Shown here in pieces: positions 53,835 to 64,000 of a stretch of DNA of 64,000 bases (within the stretch, counting starts at the first letter, position 1; every line of letters starts with the position of its first letter). The DNA is taken from assembly GCF_003019035.1 (NCBI RefSeq), contig NZ_CP027447.1; one strand, written 5' to 3'. The position numbers and the translations under genes were made by a program. The notes beneath the pieces are model-generated. The model made no database searches and had not been told where the DNA came from. It worked only from the letters and a program-made list of their open reading frames with translations. Source of the stretch: Escherichia coli (lineage in GTDB: Bacteria; Pseudomonadota; Gammaproteobacteria; Enterobacterales; Enterobacteriaceae).

Positions 53835-53866
53835 TTTTATACCATAATATTTTAGTTACAGGATGA

Positions 53867-54724
53867 TTAATTAGCATAAGAATCAGTTGAAGCTTTATAT
53901 TCCATTTTTTTCCTTATCTTATCCTGTGACTTTGACTCTTCTGAACTGATATCGAGAGGCTTAATAAATGGAATTACATCGTAAGAAATAGCCGTATCAT
54001 CTGACAAATTATAAATATTAATATCTTCTACATTATCACGCATAAAACGGAAAAATGGTAAGATTTTAAACAAATCCCTACTCAATTCCGAGGGCATAGG
54101 ATTGTTACTTTCGTCATAGAAACGAGTACAACTACCAGTTAAATCAAGACCAGAACAAATAATCCGCGCATACTTCAGCGAATAGGCTATTTGGATTGCA
54201 GCAAAGGCAACGGTATGGCATGAACAATAACCGAGATTAATATCCTTGCAAAAGCCAACCAGACGACCTTTTTTAGAAAAAGGTACAGAAATCAGGAGCT
54301 CTTTATGAATTCGGCTCAAAATATTAAACTTAATCTTCTTAATCAATCCACCTTTTTCTCTGCGGTAAAATGAACGTAGTACCAGGCAGTTTTGAAGGAT
54401 GTACCGTTTATCTTCTTCAGAAGCATGTTCATAAACATCAACATTTACGATGGTATAACGACTTCTCTGGCTAAATTTATAAAAATCATCACGTCGTTGA
54501 TGTAAAAAGCGAACATCAGTAAGTACATAAATATACGGAATAATATTATGACTTAATAGATATTGCGCAGAACCATTGACAGCAATAACATCCCTTGTCT
54601 GCAGCACTGACAATGGTGTTTTTTGCGATGTGGGGCCGGAAAGAAAAATAATAACATCATCAGACGTTTTACTTTCTATCAGGTTCTCAACATCTTTTTT
54701 GCCAATGTATCTAATATTCTTCAT
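53867..54724 (-). CDS. waaZ: LPS core biosynthesis protein WaaZ (KdoIII-related)
   Basis: 285 aa, MKNIRYIGKKDVENLIESKTSDDVIIFLSGPTSQKTP. Its operon position between waaY and waaU is as in K-12. Confidence 0.85.
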   Translation of the reverse strand: MKNIRYIGKKDVENLIESKTSDDVIIFLSGPTSQKTPLSVLQTRDVIAVNGSAQYLLSHNIIPYIYVLTDVRFLHQRRDDFYKFSQRSRYTIVNVDVYEHASEEDKRYILQNCLVLRSFYRREKGGLIKKIKFNILSRIHKELLISVPFSKKGRLVGFCKDINLGYCSCHTVAFAAIQIAYSLKYARIICSGLDLTGSCTRFYDESNNPMPSELSRDLFKILPFFRFMRDNVEDINIYNLSDDTAISYDVIPFIKPLDISSEESKSQDKIRKKMEYKASTDSYAN

Positions 54725-54795
54725 GATAAACCTGTGAAATAAGAACTCCGCATAGAAATGTCCTGATGAAGACGTTTAAACGTAAGACGTTTACA

Positions 54796-55494
54796 TTATC
54801 GTGCTGGCTTCCCTTTCAAACGCCGCATAAGATTACGTATTTTTTTACGATAAACTAAAATATAATAACCGAGATCTTTAATCTCATTCTTAATACCATA
54901 ATGTCGCTCTAAATCAATACGATCTTTCGCTTTACGTTGTGCAGATGCCCGTTTTCCTGAAAGATCAATAATACGTACTTCACCATTTTCAATAATAAAA
55001 TTACCGCGGTGAGGATCACCAGATACCATACCATGTTTGTGCAATGAACGGATTGATTGTTGAATTTTATTTTTTAACGTTTCATCAATGTCGGGGATAT
55101 CACACAACTCTACGCCATCGATATATTCGATAAGCATGATATAAGTATGGACAAAACGTAATGTTTTCCGTTCTGCCAATAAATAAAAATCATTGAGTGT
55201 ATTTAACCCTTCATTTCTTACTTTTTGGGTTTGCTCAAAAAGGCGTTCGTAATAATCACCTTTTAACAGAGACTTAAAGAAACGTTCGTTACGCTTAACT
55301 TTCGGAGAAAAAACCTTAAGAATCAATTTGCCGTAATCGGTATCAATAAGCATAACTTTTGTATCATCAATAGAACGAAAAACCTTGATGATATTTATAT
55401 TATAAGACAAGAAGTCATTTAATACATTGAGATACTTTGAATTGTTTTCATCGGTAAAAACAACCAAGTCTTTGATCTTGCTCTTCTGAATCAT
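54796..55494 (-). CDS. waaY: LPS core heptose II kinase
   Basis: 232 aa. It is kinase-like (HKHGMVSGDPHRGNFII, IIDLSG) and sits at the expected operon position. Confidence 0.88.
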   Translation of the reverse strand: MIQKSKIKDLVVFTDENNSKYLNVLNDFLSYNINIIKVFRSIDDTKVMLIDTDYGKLILKVFSPKVKRNERFFKSLLKGDYYERLFEQTQKVRNEGLNTLNDFYLLAERKTLRFVHTYIMLIEYIDGVELCDIPDIDETLKNKIQQSIRSLHKHGMVSGDPHRGNFIIENGEVRIIDLSGKRASAQRKAKDRIDLERHYGIKNEIKDLGYYILVYRKKIRNLMRRLKGKPAR

Positions 55495-55511
55495 AATAAA
55501 CCAGTTAAGTG

Positions 55512-56528
55512 TTATTTACGGTAATACTTTCGGCAAAGATAACAGACTCCTGCTATAATTCCTGAGATATAGTTATGCTGCACTAAAAGGTGTTTATATC
55601 TTTTTTTAAATTCAATAATTGATTTTGCATCTCGTGGAGAGTCATCTTTCCATGGTGAATTTTCTAAAGCTATTTTATAGTATTTTACCGATGGATAAAT
55701 TGCCCATTTGTGCCACGGTTTAGTTGCACCTGTATAATGAATAAGCAGAGTACTTTCTGTAATCAGTTTTTTATAGTTTTGATGTGTTTTGTCTTTTAAT
55801 TCACTTTTAATTGTATAAATTGTATTGTACTCACGAGGCAAAAATATTGTCATCCCTTTCAGTAAGACATTCATAACATCCTGATCAGGGTATTTATAAA
55901 CATTATCTTTACTCATAAGAATAGACAACGCTTTTTCGGTTAGTTTTGCGTTAGCCCATTTTTTTAAATCTAAATAAACGACACCGGAATTAAAGTACTG
56001 CCCAAGTAATTCAGGATCAGACAACCTGGATGCCGCCTTTTCCTGCATTGGGTCAACATCTTTAACAACAGCAGCAACCGCTCCGTTTAAATCCAGATAC
56101 AATAGTTGGCTAATATCGCCTTTACAAACAACATCTGCATCAAGATAAAGCAAACGATCAAGCGTTAAACCCAATAATTGAAATGCAAATAAACGGAAGT
56201 ACATTGCTCTTGACCAGACTTGTGTACAAGGCAAGCACTGAAGATTATCAGTATTTATTCTATAAAGTGTGATTCTTAATTGGTATTGCTCAGCAAGTTT
56301 TGCGACTTTTTGAAAGAAATCGTCGCTATAAACATCAGCAATAATATAAAAATCAAGATTAACATGTCGATTATTGATGACAATTGAAGTAATGGATACA
56401 CCTACAGCATCAAGATAATTTGCATCGACACCATAGGCAACATTTAAACTTTCAGCAGTATTTTCATCAATAAGCCTAAAATCCCAAGCTTTAACTTTAT
56501 CTATCTCTATGGCAGGAAATGAGTCCAC
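55512..56528 (-). CDS. waaJ: GT8 LPS alpha-1,2-glucosyltransferase (WaaJ/WaaR)
   Basis: 338 aa. It has GT8 motifs (LYLDADVVC, HYTGATKPW) and is the second GT8 gene in operon order. Confidence 0.85.
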   Translation of the reverse strand: MDSFPAIEIDKVKAWDFRLIDENTAESLNVAYGVDANYLDAVGVSITSIVINNRHVNLDFYIIADVYSDDFFQKVAKLAEQYQLRITLYRINTDNLQCLPCTQVWSRAMYFRLFAFQLLGLTLDRLLYLDADVVCKGDISQLLYLDLNGAVAAVVKDVDPMQEKAASRLSDPELLGQYFNSGVVYLDLKKWANAKLTEKALSILMSKDNVYKYPDQDVMNVLLKGMTIFLPREYNTIYTIKSELKDKTHQNYKKLITESTLLIHYTGATKPWHKWAIYPSVKYYKIALENSPWKDDSPRDAKSIIEFKKRYKHLLVQHNYISGIIAGVCYLCRKYYRK

Positions 56529-56567
56529 AAGGCTACCCTTATATCATTACTTTATAGTTTCCCAGTT

Positions 56568-57587
56568 TTAATTCTTTATCTTTTCAATAAAATAAAAAAG
56601 ATAGTTGCTAAATCCTTTTAGATATCTATGCTTTTTAAGCATATGTTTTGCGCTATATCTTAATTGATTGCTATTATTCGGTTTCAGCAACGCCGTACTC
56701 TTCCATGGCGAAGCATTTTTTGCCTCCACAAAGGCTTGTGATACAGGATAATCCCAAGCCCAATCATGCCAGGGCTTGGTTGGACCGATATAGTGGATAA
56801 AAATAGTATCGTTGGTTACTGGGTTTGTAAAACTTTCTTTGAGTTGATAGTTTAAGCTAAACTGGGTGTTATATTTAATATCAGCAAAAATAAGTCTGTC
56901 TGCCAGCAACATATTTAATACATCCTGATCAGGATGTGTTATTTTTTTGACTATTTCCGGATCATTTAGCATTGCAATGGCTCGTGCAGAAACCTGCTGA
57001 GCCGCCCATTGGTCAGTATTAATCAATAAAAAACCGGAGTTAAAGTAACCTTTAGCAATTCCCGCAACACCTAACGAATGTGCGCGTTTTTCCCACCAGT
57101 CAGCTTGCCCTTCTGTAACAACCATTGCGACTTTATCGTCAGGAAATGAGAATTTAATTAGGGGCTCAATAGTCCCCTGACAAATGATATCTGCATCCAG
57201 ATAAAGGACTTTAGCCGCCTTATTAATAAAGTAATCTGCAATAACAAAACGAAAATATATTGCATGAGTCCAGTTCTTTGTGCTAGGCAATGAGCGCAGT
57301 CGATCACCATTAATCAGATATATTTTAATTCTGGTTTTATACTGCAACGCCAGTGCATCAAAATATTTACGATCATCATCACCAAAATAATCAGTAAAAA
57401 TATGGAAACACAATCGACTTCCTTCATTATACTTTAATATTGAAGCAATCGAAATTCCGCAACCAAATAGAAAATTTTTGTCAGTTCCATAAGCGATGTC
57501 CAGACAAAGATTTTCTGTTTCTACTTTATGATTATAATCAATAACTGAATTAAGAAACTCAGTCTCCTGGAAAAACACCTGCTGCAT
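56568..57587 (-). CDS. waaO: GT8 LPS alpha-1,3-glucosyltransferase (WaaO/WaaI)
   Basis: 339 aa. It has GT8 motifs (LYLDADIIC, HYIGPTKPW) and is the first GT8 gene in operon order. Confidence 0.85.
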   Translation of the reverse strand: MQQVFFQETEFLNSVIDYNHKVETENLCLDIAYGTDKNFLFGCGISIASILKYNEGSRLCFHIFTDYFGDDDRKYFDALALQYKTRIKIYLINGDRLRSLPSTKNWTHAIYFRFVIADYFINKAAKVLYLDADIICQGTIEPLIKFSFPDDKVAMVVTEGQADWWEKRAHSLGVAGIAKGYFNSGFLLINTDQWAAQQVSARAIAMLNDPEIVKKITHPDQDVLNMLLADRLIFADIKYNTQFSLNYQLKESFTNPVTNDTIFIHYIGPTKPWHDWAWDYPVSQAFVEAKNASPWKSTALLKPNNSNQLRYSAKHMLKKHRYLKGFSNYLFYFIEKIKN

Positions 57588-58666
57588 TATTTCCTCCGGG
57601 AAATAGCAGAAATAATTATCTTATGTAATCTATCGTAATACTTCGATTTATAAAACTTATCGATCGACTCAGGAATTTTTTCATGTTCGATATGAATTTC
57701 ACCTGCTATATATTTATTGAGAAGAGTTACAAAACCAGCAATATCTCCCGGTTGATACAGATGACCATTAACATCAGGTTGAATAATGTCAGCAGGCCCG
57801 GAGACACAATCGGCGCTGATGCAAGGAATTCCCCATGACAAGGCTTCAAGTAGGGTCATTGGGAAACCTTCAAAAGATGACGTGAGCAATAACGCACTCA
57901 CTTTTTTAATATCTTGCTGGACCAATTCCCAGGGATGTTGTTGCCAACCATACCAGACAACTCGATCATCAATATTTAATTCTCTACCATAAGCCTGGCA
58001 TTTTTCGAAATCGGAGCCATCTCCCAATACATGAAGTTTCCAGTCACCTTGCACTTGTGATAAGCCATCAAGGAGGTCTTTAACCCGCTTCTGGCCCTCG
58101 AATTTCATACGCCCAACATAAATGAACGTTGCCGTTTCGCCTTCCTCAGGCCCAGGAATAACTGTGTCTTTAGCTTCGACTGGATTAAAAATAACATTTA
58201 TCGTCGATTCTGGTACACCCCGATTAATCATTTGCTGTTTAATGCCAGAGCTGATGGCTAAATGATAATCGGCACAGGTGATATATTCATCATGTTTTTT
58301 GTGATCTAAAGAAAAATGCGGCCATGAAAATACAGGTACATCAATTCCCGATTTTTTACGAGCTTTGGCCGCATACAAACACGAGATCACGTCAATACAA
58401 ATAACAACATCTGGCTGATAATCCTGAAGCCATTTGCTTAAAGCATGAATATGTTTCGCCCGACGCAAACAACCTAAGCGAATATTGGAAAATGAACACG
58501 AGTACTTAATACCGTCCAGCCATCCCTTATCCATTTTGTCATTACGACAAAAGAAAAACATTTCACTATGGATATGTTGTTGCCTGAAGGTAGTAATAAC
58601 ATCACGAATGACTGTTTCCATGCCGCCAAATCCAGAAACAGCTTCGCCGATAAATGCTATTTTCAT
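57587..58666 (-). CDS. waaB: GT4 LPS alpha-1,6-galactosyltransferase
   Basis: 359 aa from MKIAFIGEAVSGFGGMETV. It has the GT4 EGFPMTLLEA motif. The 10-codon upstream extension was rejected. Confidence 0.85.
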   Translation of the reverse strand: MKIAFIGEAVSGFGGMETVIRDVITTFRQQHIHSEMFFFCRNDKMDKGWLDGIKYSCSFSNIRLGCLRRAKHIHALSKWLQDYQPDVVICIDVISCLYAAKARKKSGIDVPVFSWPHFSLDHKKHDEYITCADYHLAISSGIKQQMINRGVPESTINVIFNPVEAKDTVIPGPEEGETATFIYVGRMKFEGQKRVKDLLDGLSQVQGDWKLHVLGDGSDFEKCQAYGRELNIDDRVVWYGWQQHPWELVQQDIKKVSALLLTSSFEGFPMTLLEALSWGIPCISADCVSGPADIIQPDVNGHLYQPGDIAGFVTLLNKYIAGEIHIEHEKIPESIDKFYKSKYYDRLHKIIISAISRRK

Positions 58667-58709
58667 TGAAACTCTCATTAATTGAGTAAAACTCACTGTT
58701 TTAATGGTT

Positions 58710-59645
58710 TTATTTTTCTATAAAATCAGAAACAATTGTTGACATCATTTTATCAGGGCTGAATTTATATAAACTATCATAATCCATTGGTTTAACAGAT
58801 GAATTAATAAAATACTCTAACTTATCCCAATCATCATGCCCCATTATAAAAAAGCGAGATTCACTATAGATTTCTGAACCAAGGATATTTATATTATTAG
58901 TAATTAATTTTTTATTGAAAAATAGTGCCTCAAGTATACGAAGAGTCCAGCCAGATTGGTTTTCTTTAGTTATATCAATAATTATATTAGCATTTAATGT
59001 TCTGTTAATATTCTCTTCATAAGGTAATTGCTTTTCAATCAAATACTTTGAAGTCGGAGATGATGTCTTATCTTTGACAACATTAAAATCTAGCTTACAT
59101 CCTAGTGCTGTTAATCTATCGGCTAATTCATTAATTATTTGAAGACGTCCTTTATCACGACCAAGAAAAAAACATATTGGCTGACTGTTATTTTTGTCAG
59201 ATAAACTATAATTTATAACTTCATCCATTCCTATAGGAAAAAATTGTTTTATTGCCTTGGTCTTTTCATTCCCTATAAATCTATGCTCAAAATCATAGAT
59301 AATATCAAAATAATTAGAGTTATCAAAAATAAAATCTTCGCTGACAGTATTCCTTAGAAGTAATACTTTACGACAATTAATATTTCTTAATATTTGCTTG
59401 TTAATACCTTTATTAATGACACTGTCATTAAAGATAATTATATCATCCTTTTTTACAGCATTTAGGTGATGTTTGATAAATAATCGCCCCAACCATGCAT
59501 TATCCATCCCTAATTTCGAAATTTTCTTATTAACCCAGTTGTATTTGTTTGGTGTTGTTATATTTTTTATCTTGTACTTTTTTTTCAGGTACTGGATCAT
59601 CTTTAATTCATAATCTGCAACCCAGTTTATAAAATAAATAGTCAT
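58710..59645 (-). CDS. waaS: LPS core biosynthesis protein WaaS
   Basis: 311 aa and very AT-rich. Its position between waaP and waaB is found only in K-12/R2-type core clusters. Confidence 0.8.
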   Translation of the reverse strand: MTIYFINWVADYELKMIQYLKKKYKIKNITTPNKYNWVNKKISKLGMDNAWLGRLFIKHHLNAVKKDDIIIFNDSVINKGINKQILRNINCRKVLLLRNTVSEDFIFDNSNYFDIIYDFEHRFIGNEKTKAIKQFFPIGMDEVINYSLSDKNNSQPICFFLGRDKGRLQIINELADRLTALGCKLDFNVVKDKTSSPTSKYLIEKQLPYEENINRTLNANIIIDITKENQSGWTLRILEALFFNKKLITNNINILGSEIYSESRFFIMGHDDWDKLEYFINSSVKPMDYDSLYKFSPDKMMSTIVSDFIEK

Positions 59646-59681
59646 AATGAAGTTAATTCCAGTACATACTGATAAATATTT

Positions 59682-60479
59682 TTATAATCCTTTGCGTTGT
59701 GTTCGCTCTTTAATATGCTCGGCCTTAACACTTGCCATGTTCAATAAATTCCGTTCAAGAGATAATATCTTACGTAAAGGTATCCCAAAATAAACCTTCA
59801 TAAATCGCCAGATATCTCTCTGTGTTAGACCAATATTCATTGATGAGAAATATAAACCAATCAAATCTTTATCCCGCCAACGACGTGGTACTTTTGCCCG
59901 TATCTGCGCGCGATGCAGGTCTATTACCGAAATTTTTAACCCATCTTCCCGGCCAGTAAATGGCAAATGGAGCAAAAAGTGGCAAATATAACAGTCGCGG
60001 TGATTTATCCCTGCGGCGTGCATTTTGTGCACCATGGTTGCCACACGCGCGATCAGCATACGCTTAATATGTACATCAGGCGGGTTGACCGCCCAATCTG
60101 CACAATAATCTTCAAGGCTAATCGTGGGAGTGAGATCTTCGGTAATAATAAATGATGTGCGAGTTAATGGATTTAACCCTTTTTCACCAAACCCTATTCC
60201 GTGCATCGTATCAACACCGACATCATGCAGTCGATGAATAGCGTGCCACTCTCTGTCTGCGCCTAAAACGGGCATCCGCAATGAGAGCAGGTTTTTTATA
60301 ATTTCTTTTAAAGTCGTCCCTTTGTGCCACTTGAGGAAATAGCTTTTCCCGGCCAGTTCAAAGCGTAATGTGCGACGCGTCTCGAGTTCACGAAAGACCT
60401 CGCCATTCAGTTTTTTAACTTCTGCAAAGGCATCTTTACCACGCCAGAGTGTGGCAAGTGGCTCTTTTAATTCAACCAT
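59682..60479 (-). CDS. waaP: LPS core heptose I kinase
   Basis: 265 aa, [40 protein letters not shown]. It is kinase-like ([25 protein letters not shown]). Confidence 0.92.
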   Translation of the reverse strand: MVELKEPLATLWRGKDAFAEVKKLNGEVFRELETRRTLRFELAGKSYFLKWHKGTTLKEIIKNLLSLRMPVLGADREWHAIHRLHDVGVDTMHGIGFGEKGLNPLTRTSFIITEDLTPTISLEDYCADWAVNPPDVHIKRMLIARVATMVHKMHAAGINHRDCYICHFLLHLPFTGREDGLKISVIDLHRAQIRAKVPRRWRDKDLIGLYFSSMNIGLTQRDIWRFMKVYFGIPLRKILSLERNLLNMASVKAEHIKERTQRKGL

Positions 60480-61596
60480 CTAAACCACCTGTAATGATAT
60501 CTGCCGCTTTCTCCGGCAAGCTATACAAATCCTGAGTATCGGCGTAATACCGAGCATTCTCCGCCCAAGCCATGCGCAATGGAGATTGAGTTAACGCTTT
60601 ACGTAAAACGTCATTTAATTGTTCCTGGGAGAAAGGTTCAGCGATGACCGTTCCACAATTAGCATCCGCAATATAATGCGCGTACCCACATACCGCTGTT
60701 GTTAAAACAGGTAATCCAGCAGTGATCGCTTCAAGAAGAACGATACCCGCGGCTTCCTGATAAGCGGGATGCAGTAATAAATCAGCGGCTGCCATTAATT
60801 CTGACACATCATTGCGACCGGAGAAGAAATGCACATTGCTCCGCACGCCGAGTTTTTCTGCCAGCGCTTCAAACTTTCGCGGTTTATCCTGCCCAACAAC
60901 AAATAACAGCGTATTGTGACGTAATGATTCCGGTAACGATGCCAAAGCTTCAATTGAGCGATCCACACCCTTACGGCCAAAATCTGATCCAACCTGCAGT
61001 AATAAGTTTTGTTGTTCAGTGATGCCATTTTTCTGGCGATAAATTTCACGACTGTTTGGGATTTGCGCGCTGTATTTTCTGTCCGGGTAGATACCAGGAG
61101 GAAGAATTTGAAAACGTTCTGGTTCAGTTTGGTAATGCTTCTGGAAATCGGCGATTTGCTTATCCGTCAGCATCATGAGTTTCGTCGGTTTACCATGCTC
61201 GAAAGTCGCTCGCTCAAATGCAGCATAATGGCGATAGCGTGATGTTAAACGATAGAACAAGCCCTTTTCTTGCGCCACTTTCTCGGCATAACAGACATCA
61301 GCGGCAAAATAAACATCCAGCCCTGGCATCTTATTAAAGCCAACAACCCGATCAGCGGGATGTGCCTTCAGATGGTTTTGAACCCAGGCATAATATTCTG
61401 CATTACGTCCATGGTTAGTATGGGATTTAACCGGTACGCGAATAAGCTCAAATGCATCCGGGCAATCGCCTTCCCACGACTGTGTATATACCCGAACATG
61501 GTGGCCCCGTGTGGCAACTGTTGAGGCTATACGCATAAAGTCACGCTGTAGCCCACCAAATGGAAAATATTTATATAAGCAAAACGCCACGATCAT
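60472..61596 (-). CDS. waaG: GT4 LPS glucosyltransferase I
   Basis: 374 aa, [24 protein letters not shown].... The GT4 C-terminal motif is [10 protein letters not shown]. Confidence 0.93.
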   Translation of the reverse strand: MIVAFCLYKYFPFGGLQRDFMRIASTVATRGHHVRVYTQSWEGDCPDAFELIRVPVKSHTNHGRNAEYYAWVQNHLKAHPADRVVGFNKMPGLDVYFAADVCYAEKVAQEKGLFYRLTSRYRHYAAFERATFEHGKPTKLMMLTDKQIADFQKHYQTEPERFQILPPGIYPDRKYSAQIPNSREIYRQKNGITEQQNLLLQVGSDFGRKGVDRSIEALASLPESLRHNTLLFVVGQDKPRKFEALAEKLGVRSNVHFFSGRNDVSELMAAADLLLHPAYQEAAGIVLLEAITAGLPVLTTAVCGYAHYIADANCGTVIAEPFSQEQLNDVLRKALTQSPLRMAWAENARYYADTQDLYSLPEKAADIITGGLDG

Positions 61597-62663
61597 AATT
61601 GTGCATTCCTGTCAGCTGAAGGGGCATCTTCTGGCAACAGCTTTTCCGTAGCGGCAATGACATCTTCCGCTGGAATAACAGAAAGATATTTTTTGTTGCG
61701 GTCAAGTTCGTGCCGGGTAGGCATTTTTTGATAATTCCCCGCCCAGAACTGAATAATATTCTCGGTCCATGGACGCCAGAATACATGATCAGTAGCCCCA
61801 AACAGGCTAATAACTGGCGTCTTCACCGCCGCCGCAATATGCCCCGGCGCAGAATCCACACCAATAAAGAGCACGGCATGATCAATTAATGCGCCCAGTT
61901 CAGGAAAACGTGTTTTACCGGCAAGGCCGGTAATAGGTTTTATTTGGCAGCCTCGTGCAATTTCATCTACGCAAGCGAGATCATCTGCCGAAGGGCCACA
62001 AGTCAGCACAACCTGATAACCACGATGTTGCAACGCATCGATAACCATAGAAAATTTATCGTTGTCCCAGCACTTAAATAGCTGTCGGGCTGTCGGCTGG
62101 ATAACGACATAATGATCTTTCACGCCCAGTGCATCTAATTCCTGGCGCATTTTCTTCCAGCAATCATCAGCATAACTCATTGTTGTTTCAGTATAAAAAT
62201 CGGTAATACCTAATGGCTCAAGGACCGACAAATTACGCTCAACAATATGTGTACCGTGTATAGGCGCTAAGTGTGTAAAGCTTTTTTTCCAAATGCCATG
62301 CTGCCGATGACCATAAAGCTGCGATATTTTCATCCGTGCAGGTAAACAACGTACCAGCAGGGCCACCATCCACTGATCCGTAAGATTAATGACTAGGTCG
62401 TAATCATTCGCACGCAGAGTTTTTATCAGTGAAAGTGCATTTTTAATTTTATCGAATGTTCCCGCACCTTTATTGCTTATACCATAGAGTGCATTAATTT
62501 CTGGGTTTTCAGATAAAATCGGAATTGTATCCTGGTAAAGCAGCATATCGATTTTAGCGTCGGGATAATTCTGCTTGAGTGTACTGATTACAGGAGTAGT
62601 TAATAACATATCTCCGTGATATCGCATCTTTATGACCAGGATTTTTCGAAATGGCTTTTCCAC
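61593..62663 (-). CDS. waaQ: LPS heptosyltransferase III
   Basis: GT9 family, MEKPFRKILVIKMRYHGDMLLTTPVISTLKQNYP. The start is either 62663 or the Met at 62627 (which gives 344 aa). Confidence 0.9.
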   Translation of the reverse strand: MEKPFRKILVIKMRYHGDMLLTTPVISTLKQNYPDAKIDMLLYQDTIPILSENPEINALYGISNKGAGTFDKIKNALSLIKTLRANDYDLVINLTDQWMVALLVRCLPARMKISQLYGHRQHGIWKKSFTHLAPIHGTHIVERNLSVLEPLGITDFYTETTMSYADDCWKKMRQELDALGVKDHYVVIQPTARQLFKCWDNDKFSMVIDALQHRGYQVVLTCGPSADDLACVDEIARGCQIKPITGLAGKTRFPELGALIDHAVLFIGVDSAPGHIAAAVKTPVISLFGATDHVFWRPWTENIIQFWAGNYQKMPTRHELDRNKKYLSVIPAEDVIAATEKLLPEDAPSADRNAQL

Positions 62664-62710
62664 TAGCGACTCTTTTGTGTGATTGTCTGGTTAAGTTAAG
62701 CAGAAAAAAG

Positions 62711-62722
62711 CACGCTACCGCC
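62711..62722 (-). promoter_or_regulatory. ops element (RfaH recruitment site) within the JUMPstart leader of the waaQ operon
   Basis: The plus strand reads cacgctaccgcc, so the minus strand reads GGCGGTAGCGTG. This is the canonical ops sequence. It begins 48 nt upstream of the waaQ start. Confidence 0.85.
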
Positions 62723-63067
62723 CCAGGCTCAACAGCTACCCGAATACTGATAACGCACTTACTTTGACGCGCTAGTGTATCATTTCTTTCGCAGCAATCC
62801 GACCCGAATGATTTTTATACACAAAATATGATTTAATTATAAAAATCATATAGATAAAATTTTGTATACAGAGAATCCAGATATTGTCTATGTAAAGTTG
62901 CAATCCTGGCTGAAATTCAATGAATCGCATAAAAATACAAAAAAATGAAGATCTAGCAGCAGATCAGCTCAAACAGAGACTATTTAAGTCAAAAACGGGA
63001 AAAGTAATGGTAAAGCCACAGCTAAATACATAGAATCCCCAGCACATCCATAAGTCAGCTATTTACT

Positions 63068-64000
63068 ATGCTCGAATTGCTTTACACCGCCCTTCTCTAC
63101 CTTATTCAGCCGCTGATCTGGATACGGCTCTGGGTGCGCGGACGTAAGGCTCCGGCCTATCGAAAACGCTGGGGTGAACGTTACGGTTTTTACCGCCATC
63201 CGCTAAAACCAGGCGGCATTATGCTGCACTCCGTCTCCGTCGGTGAAACTCTGGCGGCGATCCCGTTGGTGCGCGCGCTGCGTCATCGTTATCCTGATTT
63301 ACCGATTACCGTTACAACCATGACGCCAACCGGTTCGGAGCGCGTACAATCGGCTTTCGGGAAGGATGTTCAGCACGTTTATCTGCCGTATGACCTGCCC
63401 GATGCACTTAATCGTTTCCTGAATAAAGTCGACCCTAAACTGGTGTTGATTATGGAAACCGAACTATGGCCTAACCTGATTGCGGCGCTACATAAACGTA
63501 AAATTCCGCTGGTGATCGCTAACGCGCGACTCTCTGCCCGCTCGGCCGCAGGTTATGCCAAACTGGGTAAATTCGTCCGTCGCTTGCTGCGTCGTATTAC
63601 GCTGATTGCTGCGCAAAATGAAGAAGATGGTGCACGTTTTGTATCACTGGGCGCAAAAAATAATCAGGTGACCGTTACCGGTAGCCTGAAATTCGATATT
63701 TCTGTAACGCCGCAACTGGCTGCTAAAGCAGTGACGCTGCGCCGCCAGTGGGCACCACACCGCCCGGTATGGATTGCCACCAGCACTCACGAAGGCGAAG
63801 AGAGTGTGGTGATCGCCGCACATCAGGCATTGTTACAGCAATTCCCGAATTTATTGCTCATCCTGGTACCCCGTCATCCGGAACGCTTCCCGGATGCGAT
63901 TAACCTTGTCCGCCAGGCTGGACTAAGCTATATCACACGCTCTTCAGGGGAAGTCCCCTCCACCAGCACGCAGGTTGTGGTTGGCGATACGATGGGCGAG
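63068..64000 (+). CDS. waaA: Kdo transferase WaaA (KdtA), 3' end cut by window edge
   Basis: MLELLYTALLYLIQPLIWIRLWVRGRKAPAYRKRWGERYGFY.... It is divergent from waaQ and open to the window end. Confidence 0.95.
   Translation, partial: MLELLYTALLYLIQPLIWIRLWVRGRKAPAYRKRWGERYGFYRHPLKPGGIMLHSVSVGETLAAIPLVRALRHRYPDLPITVTTMTPTGSERVQSAFGKDVQHVYLPYDLPDALNRFLNKVDPKLVLIMETELWPNLIAALHKRKIPLVIANARLSARSAAGYAKLGKFVRRLLRRITLIAAQNEEDGARFVSLGAKNNQVTVTGSLKFDISVTPQLAAKAVTLRRQWAPHRPVWIATSTHEGEESVVIAAHQALLQQFPNLLLILVPRHPERFPDAINLVRQAGLSYITRSSGEVPSTSTQVVVGDTMGE

Noticed and set aside
1-64000. Scan for tRNA, rRNA, CRISPR arrays, integrase or attachment sites, and prophage genes
   Set aside because: I recognised no cloverleaf-like, rRNA-like or short repeat-spacer structures. 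The only mobile-element signatures are the ISAs1-family element and its remnant.

Overview
This window is an Escherichia coli-type chromosomal segment. By gene order and protein sequences it is syntenic with the K-12 region aldB, yiaY, selBA, yibF, rhsA locus, yibHI, mtlADR, yibT/yibL, lldPRD, trmL, cysE, gpsA, secB, grxC, yibN, gpmM, envC, yibQ, waaH, tdh-kbl, hldD-waaFCL, the waaQGPSBOJYZU core-oligosaccharide operon and waaA. K-12 comparisons are from memory and were not searched. Most of the window is ordinary, well-known housekeeping sequence.

The accessory or variable parts are:
1. A GH127-like gene, a REP-flanked hicAB toxin-antitoxin pair, and a 431-aa Fic-domain gene with a twin-palindrome leader, all arranged around aldB.
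2. A composite Rhs polymorphic-toxin locus (about 11.5-20.1 kb). It holds a full-length PAAR-Rhs with an AT-rich C-terminal tip and a YbbC-like immunity gene, then yibA. Next comes an orphan Rhs tip split from its 5' remnant by an ISAs1-family (H-repeat) insertion with a target-site duplication, followed by its signal-peptide immunity gene and a decayed second IS copy.
3. A SadB-like inner-membrane lipoprotein gene followed by a 1648-aa UpaG/EhaG-type trimeric autotransporter adhesin with tandem 255/234-bp coding repeats.
4. A K-12-type waa core cluster with the ops/JUMPstart element.

I saw no rRNA, tRNA or CRISPR array. I do not see a convincing, entirely new multi-gene system. The most interesting candidates are the orphan Rhs tip with an L,D-transpeptidase (Tlde1/YkuD)-like motif pattern plus a secreted immunity protein, the repeat architecture that could swap Rhs tips, and the Fic gene with its palindromic leader. 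All functional calls rest on motif reading and recollection of protein families, not on database searches.
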